This document shows, piece after piece, positions 39,001 to 51,000 of a stretch of 64,000 bases of DNA. Source of the stretch: Glaucostegus cemiculus (Eukaryota); contig CDPCPM010000017.1 in the NCBI GenBank assembly GCA_976551045.1, forward strand, positions 6,510,001-6,574,000, given 5' to 3'. A program made the position numbers and the translations under genes. Under the pieces are notes generated by a model. It was not told the DNA's origin and did not search any database. It saw only the letters and a list, made by a program, of their open reading frames with translations. Each line of letters begins with the position of its first letter. The stretch's first letter is position 1.

Positions 39001-42000
39001 TTTATGTAACAGAGATGGATAGAACAATGTCTCTGATAGACTAGAGACCAAGAAAAACTGAACAAGACAAGTGGTGCTGGTGCAGGCTAAGAGATTGACA
39101 AAATATTGTCTTGTTGCTGTTTAGACATTCCTACTACAACCAAAGTGTCAACAACCACGAGTCTTCCTACGACAGCAACTGGAGTGTCAACAACCACGAG
39201 TCTTCCTACAACAACAACCAAGACATCAATAGCCACAAGTTTTCCTACTACAACCAGAGTATCAACAACCATGAGTCTTCCTACGACAACAACCGGAGTG
39301 TCAACAACCACAAGTCTTCCTATGACAACAACCAGAGTGTCAACAACCACAAGTCTTCCTACGACAACAACCAGAGTGTCAACAACCACAAGTCTTCCTA
39401 CGACAACAACCACAACATCAATGGCCACAAGTCTTCCTACAACAACAACCGGAATGTCAACAACCACAAGTCTTCCTACGACAACAACCGGAGTGTCAAC
39501 AACCACAAGTCTTCCTACGACAACAACCAGAGTGTCAACAACCACAAGTCTTCCTACAACAACAACCGGAGTGTCAACAACCACAAGTCTTCCTACGACA
39601 ACAACCACAACATCAATAGCCACAAGTCTTCCTACAACAACAACCGGAGTGTCAACAACCACAAGTCTTCCTACGACAACAACCGGAGTGTCAACAACCA
39701 CAAGTCTTCCTACGACAACAACCGGAGTGTCAACAACCACAAGTCTTCCTACGACAACAACCGGAGTGTCAACAACCACAAGTCTTCCTACGACAACAAC
39801 CGGAGTGTCAACAACCACAAGTCTTCCTATGACAACAACCACAACATCAATAGCCACAAGTCTTCCTACGACAACAACCGGAGTGTCAACAACCACAAGT
39901 CTTCCTACGACAACAACCGAAGTGTCAACAACCACAAGTCTTCCTACGACAACAACCGGAGTGTCAACAACCACAAGTCTTCCTACGACAACAACCGAAG
40001 TGTCAACAACCACAAGTCTTCCTACGACAACAACCGGAGTGTCAACAACCACAAGTCTTCCTACGACAACAACCGAAGTGTCAACAACCACAAGTCTTCC
40101 TACAACAACAACCACAACATCAATAGCCACAAGTCTTCCTACGACAACAACCGGAGTGTCAACAACCACAAGTCTTCCTACAACAACAACCACAACATCA
40201 ATAGCCACAAGTCTTCCTACGACAACAACCAAGACATCAATAGCCACAAGTTTTCCTACTACAACCAGAGTGTCAACAACCACAAGTCTTCCTACGACAA
40301 CAACCGGAGTGTCAACAACCACAAGTCTTCCTACGACAACAACCGGAGTGTCAACAACCACAAGTCTTCCTACGACAACAACCGGAGTGTCAACAACCAC
40401 AAGTCTTCCTACAACAACAACCACAACATCAATAGCCACAAGTCTTCCTACGACAACAACCAAGACATCAATAGGCACAAGTTTTCCTACTACAACCAGA
40501 GTGTCAACAACCACGAGTCTTCCCACGACAACAACCAGTGTGTCAACAACCACGAGTCTTCCTACGACAAGAACCGGCATGTCAACAGCCACAAGTTTTC
40601 CTACAACAACCAAAATGTCAACAACCACAATTTTTCCTACTACAACAACCGAGACATCAACAGCCACGAGTTTTCCTACTACAACCTCTGGTAAATAGAT
40701 ACATTTTACTGTTTGAAAACGTCATGCTATGACTCTGATGCATATCTGCAAAAGCACAGGTAATTCTCCCAAGCATTTTATGAACATTACCTTCAGGTAT
40801 GGATACAGAGTATGATATTCCACAACCTCCTGTGCCCATTCTAACTAATGTTTACCTCTAGCACAAACACTATGAAAAGAATCCACACCGCTAAATGTCT
40901 TTGAATGGTTTAACCTAATTTACCATTTAAATGTCAAAACTACCAACAAGTTTATAAATTGTATGGCTAAATCAAATGAAGTACTTAGCAGTAGTATCTG
41001 AGAAAAAATTCTTTAGAGCCAATTAAGTACTCTTAATCTATGTTGTCATTGAAACATGGGAAAAGGCAGCAATCTGCTTGTATAAAACAATATCCTATGA
41101 ATGACAGCAAAAGGCAAGAACAAATCATGTACTTTCAGATGTTAGCTGAGGGACAAATATTTGCCAGGACACAAATTGATCTATTTTTCTTAAAGAAAAG
41201 GCATGGAATCATTTGCATCCACTTGAATCAGAATCAGATTTATTGTCACAACAATATACATACATAGTATGCATAGGAGCGAGATACCATCCTCCTCAGG
41301 TGCTCGTCCCATTAAATAACAAACAACAGAGACACACAGACACACTGAACATAAAAAAACATTAAAAACTACGGAAGTTTAAATTAAATTAAATACGCAG
41401 ATTAAATTAAAAACGACCGGTAAATAAATAAATAGTTATTAAAGTGAACGGGCTGGTGGCGGGCATTTAAAGTGCTGGTGCATTTCTGTGCACCTAGCAT
41501 CCCTTAGTGTTAACACGAAAGATGGAGGGATAGAGAGTTCGCAGTTCTGATGGCTTGCGGAAAGAAGCTATTGTTCAGCCTGGTCGTTCTTGCCCTGATA
41601 CATTTGAGCCTCCTCCCAGATGGCAAAATTGTAAAGAGGTGACGGGAGGGGTGAGAAGGGTCGGCCATTATGTTTTTGGTCTTCCTCACACAACGGTCCT
41701 TGTATATGTCTGCGAGGGATGGAAGAGAGACACCTATGATCCTCTCCGCAGCCCTAACTATCCTCTGGAGGGACTTCCGCCCAGCAGCTGAGCAGCTTCC
41801 AAACCAAACAGTGATACATTGGGTTAAGATGCTCTCAATGGTCCCTCTATAAAAACAAAGCCACACTTTATGATATTTTAAAGACCGCAACTTCAGCTTA
41901 CATCCTTGTCACTCATGTGGATTTAATGCATAGCCTTCAGACTTGGGGATAGAAGTATGGCCAGTGGCTCAAAACTACCTGGGTTCCTGTGAGTAGCTTC

Positions 42001-45000
42001 ATTTCTCTTATGAAATATGACTGTCCAGTTTGCAAGCTAGTGGTTTATTCACCCAAGAGACCAGGCAATTTCAGTCAACCTCAGGGACAGACAATTGCAA
42101 TCAACTCCAGGGGCCATACAATCACAGTCGACCTGCATCAATACAAAAATCTCAACAGAGACAAGTCCCAGAACTGTCTCTTTTCACAGATGCTGCCTGA
42201 CATGCTGTGTGTTTCCAGCATTTCTTATTTCAGATTTCCCACATCTGCAGGTTTTTTCTTTACTTTCAGGACAAAAGTTACAGTCAGCTCCAGAAACAGG
42301 GCAATGGCAGTCCATAGCAGTGACTGGGCATTGGCTGTCCACTCCAGGGACTGGGCAATGACTCTGCCCAATTCTGCTATCTGAACAAGCAAAAGAGCAA
42401 CACCTGGTATGCATGGAATGCAGCTACTTGCAGTTACCCTCCAGTTCACACAGCATCCTAACTTGGAAATATTTCACCATTCCTTTACTTTTGCTCAGTT
42501 TAAATCTTAATTTCCTACTCAAGGACATTATGGGATTACCCACAGCAGAAGGTACCTTCTTTCTCAAGGGCATTTAGACTTGGGCAATAAATCTTGGTCT
42601 TGCTAATGACTTCCTTCAATCAAAAGATGAATTTAAAATACCCCCGAGGTTAGGCAATCATAATCGACCTTAATCCCACAAATAGTCGTCCCACAATGAG
42701 GGTGCTTGCCTAGCCTGGGTTGAGAGTTACATCGTGATTGAAGTACATAGCAACGACACATGACTACCTTCCTCTTCTTCAGATGAAATTTTAGGATTAA
42801 TCACGTTGACTGATAGCCGGCAGCTGGCTGTCAGCCAGTTTTGCTTCCCAGACTGTCAGAGAGCTGACAAGTTGTCAAAGACCATTCCAGGGGTAGGGTC
42901 TCATGATACAAAACTGGGAGCCTCAAGATATGACAACTCAGAGTCCTCTCTATTTTGTCAAGTAGCTAACTGGAGCCAAGCTCTAGTGCATCCAGCCCTC
43001 CTCATCCAAACAGGTAAATGTAGGTGGATAAGACCATGGGCAACGAATCCAGGCAGTGGGCCAGGTCCATTATTATCCAGCCAATTAAATTGGAAAATTA
43101 GAAGTTAATATTATGGAAGCTTACAATTAAGTGAGTCTTAGAACATAGTTCATCCAAAAAGTTCCCAATGTGGGTTAGAATGGGCTAAAAATTTGTTCTG
43201 ATCATTATGCTCGTTGACAGAAAATTGTAGGTTGCAGAACCAGAATGTCCTTGTGACCTCTTTGCTTCTGTTTTATGTGTTTTACATACTCGCTTCATTT
43301 GAAAATTTAAATTTTCTATGATGGAAAGATAAACCAAAATACAACCTGCACCAGGACTGATATGTCACAGTTAATTTTCTTTCTCTTCAATAATGAGAAA
43401 GAAGGTAATTTAAGAACAACCACAATGTCAAACCTAACTAAGTTTATCCAAAAGCTCAAGAGGTTACTGAACTATGGAAAAGATCTTTCAAACTGAATCT
43501 TCGGACATCAGGTGTGCCAGGCATGCACAGCTTAAATTCAGGCACAAACGCCAATGCAGCACTCATTACAATGTTCCTGAATGAAAAGGCTGCAACGTGT
43601 GCTGACTTGATGGCTGAGTTTTCAACATGTGCCTCAGCTCCAGTAAAATAATACACGTGTTTAAGGTCATCGCCTATCTTCATAAATTAGTTGGAAACAT
43701 GCTGCCATTTAATATTTAAGAGGAAAAAAGTCAATAATTTGGGTGTAGAACTTGCAGATTTCTCTTTGTAGATGCCAAATGGGTCTTTATAGCTGTTATT
43801 TAACAACTTCAGCCATAATGGTGCATCTATTTATTACAAACCCTTTGTATGCATTTCACGTCTTACAATGGCAGCATTCCTAAAACTATGCCAAGAGTAT
43901 TTTAGCTGCATAGTTGTAGCTCTGGAATGGAAACCCAGAGTTTTCTGGGTTCCAACTTGTGCAAGTGAACTGGAACTCAACAAACCTGCAAAAGTTAGTA
44001 ACTCTAATAATGAATCACCTCTGTAGTCCAGCTCAGAAAAGGATATCTTTGTCTAAAGTATGCAAAATATAAATGAGGGACTGACTTAGAAAATGATGAC
44101 TATAAAGCAAAACTGTTGGCCTCGAGCTCAGGGACTGCCTCAGAATTTACCCTCCCCCATTTGTTCCGTTGACTCTTCACTGATGATCTTAATGTCACCA
44201 AAAAAAGAACATGCAGATTTTGTATTTATTAATTCTCCAGGATCAAAGTATTGCTGTCAATAATAAAATGCAGGGAAATCAAAGCAAAAAGTTTTATTAG
44301 GGTTAGGTGTGATGCTGTAGTTGTTCTTAAATAGTGCTTAAAAACGCACTATCTGTGAAGAGTTAACATTTCAGGTCAATGTCTATTCATGAGAATTCAG
44401 ATTTAAAACCACTTTCTCTCTAGCATCTTCCTGCTCACGAGTGCCCTCTTGCTATTGAGTGGCCCTCACTTTGGAGCAGATATACAAAACCTGTATGAGA
44501 AGGCAAATGCTATCCAATTACTAGGGAAACTAACCAGTTCAGAGAATGCACAAACACTTAGTGAAAGACCTATTGTCTGTCAACTTGCCAGATTTAACAG
44601 ACAATGCGGTAAGCATTTTGATATAGCAAATATATAAGGTAAGAACTTGGTAAGCTTGTTATTTACAAAGCTATCAGGATATCTAAGGATCAAAGATTTA
44701 AAGAAAATTGTGCATTGCAATATAATTTACAATTTTTCCTAAATAACTTCAGACGGCCCAAAATATTTGATATTCAACCCACCCTATGAAAGGTAATAAA
44801 GTGATCTTTCCATAAAGTGCAAAAGAATTGTTTGCTTGCATTTTCAAGAGAGAGAATTATTGATGTAGCTTTTCTAACTTTGGTGTTATATTTCCAGTCT
44901 TTGGTGATAAGCATTTTTATGAAGGAGGATAAAGCTAATATCAACCACCATCTACCGAGGCAAAGCCTTGAATCTATGGACAACATTAGGATTATTCAGC

Positions 45001-48000
45001 TCCAACAGGAAGACACATGTAGACATCACAGTGGGATATAAGACTCCTCAGGTTACAAGCTCCAAGCTTTCTGCCATAATATCCAAGGAAAAATCTGGTT
45101 TGGTATTAACGGCTCTGGTCTGTTTGACTGGCATAAGAGCTACTCGAACTTGAGGAATCCCCTTATTGCTGAAGTACAAAAAATATTCACATTTCTACAT
45201 TTATGGGCAAGGGTGGAACAATACCCAAAGCAATAATTATGGCACCTTCACATGCCTAAGACAGTTGAGGTGCGGGATAACCAAATCAATTCTCTACTAC
45301 ATGATTTGCTTTGTGCAGGGCCTCTGTGCAGGAATGGAAGACAACACATCTATAATCACTCAAAGACATTTTCAATTCTAACCATCAGGACAAGTCAAAT
45401 GTTACCATTTGGTGAAAATGAATTTACACAAACTAAATTGGTAGAAAGTTTGAAATTTTCAGCTAAATCTCAGAAAGGCATTTTGTAATAATTTCTTCTT
45501 CTAATTATGTTTTCCTTTTCTCAAATCTTACTTCACCAGAATGTTTAACATGGTCGAAATGGTACAATGAAAATACACCTACTCTTCAAAACAGATCAGA
45601 CATTGAATTATTGAAGCAAATGCCTAAGCCGTTGTGTCCTTATCCTGGTTATCAAATTATCGACATCCAATGTGAAGCTGTCAAATTTCCCCAGCGTCCA
45701 TTAAGTGAGATGAAGGATAACGTGACATGCCATAAAGAGATAGGCCTTGTTTGTATTTATAATCCACAGACATCCGAAGGTCTGATGTGTTTGGATTATA
45801 GGATAAGAGTTTGCTGTCACCCTTATACACCTAGCACCAGTAGTGTAGCACCCACAACAGTCTCGACCACACCAGCCACTTCTTTCCTGACAACAGAATC
45901 CACCTCCGTCCTGACCTCACCGACCCCCTCCATCCCGATGACAGAATCCACCTCCGTCCCGCCAACATGCGTAGCAGAACCTCAACCCATGTGTCAGAGA
46001 TCTTCAATAATTCTCAGTGAAAACGGCTGTGAGAAATGGGATTGTTATTGTGAGTATCTTTTACATTTTGTACTGATTACTTTTAAATTAAAATACTTTC
46101 TGAATTACTAACTAGTCTGTTGTTACCCAAACTGTTTTTTGCTTCCAGGTCAATGCTTGATTTGGGGAGATCCTCACTATCTCACATTTGGCGGTACACA
46201 GTACGATTTCTTTGAGAACTGCACTTACACTCTTGTGGAAGAACGGGTTCCAAAATACAATTTTTCCATTCTAGTCAATAATTATTTTTGTTTTCCTGGC
46301 ATCGCCTTATCTTGTGCAAGAGCATTAATCATCTTTTATAATGCAAGTTCTGTAATCATCTGGACTAATGAGGATAGGCATGTAAGTGAATTACTACTGA
46401 ACAACAAATGCTTATACATCCTCTGTCGTTAAATTGGTTTATGGCTTATCATAAACAGTCTAGTGATAAACAAGAAAGGGGTTGAAGATCAAAAGCTTAG
46501 TAAATGATGCAGGTTTTAATAATGAAATATAGATGAAATACAGAGAACTGGAAGAAGATAATAGATAAACTATGCGAGATCCAGGCATAGTGTTGTTTGG
46601 GGTAAGTAACCAAAAGGGGTGATACACAAGATACAGAGACATAGGAGCATCACTTTCTTGGCGGATGGTATTATTTGGGCTTTCGGGTGGGGTGGGGGAA
46701 TGTAGAGACAAGCCACAGAATTCATTAAAGAAGTTGTCAAGTATTTTATTTTGTAAACCTATATAAAGAACAATGGGAAAGTCGAACTTAGAGCAAGGTC
46801 ACATCTATTCAGCAGTTCAATGACCAGAAACCATTACATAGTGAAATATGTCAGATATTTAAGGATTTTGATGTTGTTCATCTTTACAGATAACTTTTGA
46901 TGAAAAAATTGTGACTGCTCCCTACAGTTTGAATGGAATTAACATACGGTCAGAGAATGAACGAATATTTATTACTATTCCCGACATCCTTGTAAACATA
47001 ATGTCCTCTGGAGATACCTTTCAAATTAGATTATCACAAAAATACTTTCTGAACAATACTCAAGGACAGTGTGGTAGGTCTGATTTGCATAATGGAAAAT
47101 TAAATGAGATTTGTGTTTGTCAAAATATTTATTTAGTGAGGTTGTTGATAGCATGCAGTTGCTCTCAGACTGACAAAAGCACACCTTCTTCCCCAAAGGC
47201 TCTTGCTTGGATAATGCAGTTGATGAGTGCAAGAGAAGGAATGGGGAAATAATGCCCACAGATTGCTGCCACATTACTGCAAATGACTGGAAGGTTTCTG
47301 ATCCAAATAAGCCATATTGTGAATCTGCTCCTATAAATCTACCCTGTACCAGTCCTCCACCTCCCCCTCCACCCTGCAAACCAGAATCGACAATTTGCAA
47401 CCAACTTTTAGAAAAGTATGTGAACTACTTCCTTGTTTGTTTACTCAATGGAAATAAGGAAAATAAGATGTCTAGATGAATTTATCTACTAAAGGTTAAC
47501 ATACAGATGAATTTAATGTTATTGTAGCAACTACCGTATGTCTAACAACTTCTGAATGGATGCATTAAAGCAGAAAACTACTTCCAACCAATGCTAAAAA
47601 AATTTTTGCAGTTGTGTAGCTTGATATTTTTCTTATCACAAAGGGACAATTGGTGGAGTGCTAATTTTCAATGCTTGATCATTTACAGAGTACTTGATGT
47701 TTCAATTTAAACCAACATTGCAAACGATCTGGGGACAAATTTCAGTTTTACATTAAATGCTCTTCTGCTGCTCCTAATAAATCTTGTGGAGCTCAGCACC
47801 AGGATTTTGGACTGTATACCATAGCTAACATCAGCACGTATCAGCTGTTAAGTAACATCTGGCAATAGGCCCGTGACTGAAATGTTTCTATTTTTTTTCC
47901 AATTCCCTTGCTTCATTGTTTCCTATGTTTATTAAATGTATCCTTTTTAAAATCACATCTGAGTGTCCTAGTCATCAAGATGACTGAACTCCAGATCTTT

Positions 48001-51000
48001 TCAAGTTGGCCTAATTTGGTCAAAGGTTCTTTTATTTTAATATCTTGTCCACATTAATGAATAGTTGATAAATAATTTTAGATCAGCAGAAATATGAAAA
48101 TTATGAACCTCTTCATCAATAACATTGTTTTTAAACAAGGTTTTGATAATCCATTTGGTAATCGCAGTAACGCCAAATTTCTTAATCTTGTTTTTACAAA
48201 CTGGTTATAATGACTAGTTGACAAAAATGTTTTTCAACCAATAAGTGATTTTGTTTAAAGGGCAGAATATATTTATTCAAGTCATATTATCCCTCTTTTT
48301 ATCATCAGCAATGATTTGAAAATGCCTGTTCTTTTGAACAATATTTGCTCTGCCAAAAGTTCAGCTGATAAAGATAGTCTTTAACCGAATCACATAATCC
48401 ATAAGGATGCGATTTGCTCTCTGTGTTAATACAGTTGACCTTGAGAGACATGGTGTTGTACAGCACAAAAATGGGTTCTTCAGTCCACCAAAACCAAGTC
48501 ATCCGTTGTGCCCATCCACACTACTCCCATTTACCCATATTAGGTCTGTAGCTTTCTATGCCTGGGGAGTTCAAGTATTTGATTAAATACTTCTTATATG
48601 TTGTGAGAGCATCCACTGGTGTCACTCTTCTGGCAGCACACTCCAACCACCTTGTGCAAAAGAAATTACCCCTCAGATCCCTTTAAACCTTTTACCTCTT
48701 ACCTTAAAACTATGCCCTCTTGATTTTGATACCCCTACAATGGGTACAAGATTTTTACTATCTATCCCCTCAAAATTTATGTACATCTATCAGATCACCC
48801 CTCAGCCTTCTTCACTCCATGAAAAACAAACCCAGCCTATCCAGTCACTCAATGTAATTCAATAAATCGGGCAACATCCTGGTAAATCTCCTCTGTACCC
48901 TCTCCAGCACAATCACATCCTTCCTATAGTGTGATGACCAAAAATGCATAGTACTCCATGTGTGCCTAGCTAATATTTTATATAGTTGTAACATGACATC
49001 CCAGCTATCTATGCCACATGCAATGAAGGCATGCATCCCATCTTCTTCAACACCTTGTTCACCTGTGCTGCCACTTTCAGGGATCTATAGACTTATACTC
49101 CAAGGTCCCTCTGTTCATAAGCACTCCCTAGAACCCTACTGTTCACTGTGTACATCCTATCTTTTCCTTCTGATGGGCTGTTAATAGGGTTCCATTATTT
49201 ATCCATTGATTCCTTACACTAGAGGGGCAAGTCCAACTAGAGATCATGTCAACTATTAAATCAGGAGTGACTCCCACAATATACCATATAAGTGCAAGAT
49301 AGAATTGCATTTTGCTGAGATGTGCCCACTTGAGTCTGATTGTTCTTGAACCAGCCCAGCAATTGCACTTGCTGCCCACGCAATACCCATGGCCAGACAT
49401 TTCACCCTTATCCTCTAACATGCTTGTTTGAGTATCTATCTTCCTCTGCCTTACTAATATTCAAAGATGTTGCTTCACTGCCCTTTGAGGAAGAGAATTC
49501 CAACAACTCACAGCAACCTGGAGAGAACTGGTTTAACATCAATCTGGAGAACAGTCTGGCTTAACTGGGTAACCCTTTCTTTTCAAACAGTGACACATAA
49601 TTCAGGATTCTCTCAAAAGAGGAAAAACCTTTTCCACATTTACCCTGTGAAGACCCATCAGGTTTTTATATATTTCAATCATTCACTCTTCTAAATGCCA
49701 GTGGATACAAGCCTAGCCTGTTCAATCTTCCCTCATAATGGTTTAAGAGTGGCAACCAGGCAGGTAGTGAATTATTCTGTGAAGCTCAGTGCCGTCAAAG
49801 GCCTTTGAACCACTGTTAAATGTCTCTGATGAATGGAAATATTTGAAAGATCCATAAGTACTTAAATAGCAAAAAAACGAAAGCTATTAAAATAATTTAC
49901 TCAAAACACACTGAAGTGATAGAAATTAAAACTCTAAGATTAATTAAAATGAGGAAATTTCCACTTGCCTGCACTTAACTCTCCAGTCAAGATGGGCGAC
50001 GTGATCCAAATGAACGGGGTCGAGCCGCACCTACTGATGAGGAATTGGGTGCCAGGTGCGTCCGTCCCTCCAGCTCGGGACACCTGCGGCGGAGCAGGAG
50101 GGCGAGTGCGGAGGGAGCTGACGCCCATTCAGTGCGCAGGTGCAGAGGCCAGGAAGGCGCTGCAGTTAGCGCTGGGTGAGACTGCCCGCTGCAACAGCGG
50201 ATGGGCGTCTGAGGGTCTCCGCTGGTTTAGACGGTGTGTGAAGAGGGCATAACTCAACCGGGTGAGGACAAATGAGGAACACCCGATGGTGTCTCCCTGG
50301 ATGTGCCGGGTGAAGAACTGGAAAGAATAAATTATGCCTGGAGTCTCGTTCTCTGCAAAAGCGCACGATATATTTAAATAGAATAGACTTAACGGTGTTT
50401 AAATCTCATCCCCATTCACTGGGCAAGAGGCTACTTTCTCCTTTAGTATAGAACTGTATGTTGCGAAGCTCACCCAGCTGGGAGCAAGACAGTGGTGAGT
50501 AGCATCCATGTGAGATGGGTCACACAATTGATCGTTATGTTTACCAATGAACAAAAAGAAATTTAGCCTGTTAGGTTAAGTATTTTAAATTATTTATTAT
50601 TATAAAGAACAATTACCCTTATGTTGTTTCTTTTTTTGTTTACATCGTAGACCATTTGAAAAATGCAGAAATCTTATTCCCCAGGAAGTTTACCAGTATT
50701 ACAACTCCTGTCTCTTTGACCAGTGCAACACAAATTCCACGCAAATTGTCTGTTCCAGTTTACAAGCTTGTGCCCTGGCTTGTAGCAGCGTAGACATATG
50801 TGTGGACTGGCGAACATTAACAAATGGCTACTGCAGTAAGTATGAAATAATTGGAGTCTATAATCCAGATGTGATAGATGATATTTATCAAGAAAGAATC
50901 AAAGGTATGGGGCTCTTTATCCAGAGGGAGTTAATAATTTGATATGGGGGATATGTTCATATAATGATATCAAAATGAAGCTTAAAACGTATAGACTCTG

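Noticed and set aside
39087-40667. 526-aa Val-rich minus-strand ORF ([13 protein letters not shown])n
   Set aside because: Antisense of ACN codons necessarily gives Val-rich open frames; no promoter or splice support.
39130-40685. Regular array resembling a CRISPR locus in unit size
   Set aside because: No unique spacers, no cas genes, and it is a spliced eukaryotic coding exon.
39111-40694. 527-aa Asn/Ser/His/Tyr-rich ORF ([13 protein letters not shown])n overlapping the PTS exon, superficially prion-like
   Set aside because: Shadow frame of a repeat whose unit is a multiple of three and lacks stops; it starts at TTG and is out of phase with the flanking exons.
42290-42370. Short degenerate tandem repeat of about 27 nt, and a small hairpin at about 42807-42837
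   Set aside because: Too short and degenerate to distinguish from TE debris or chance.
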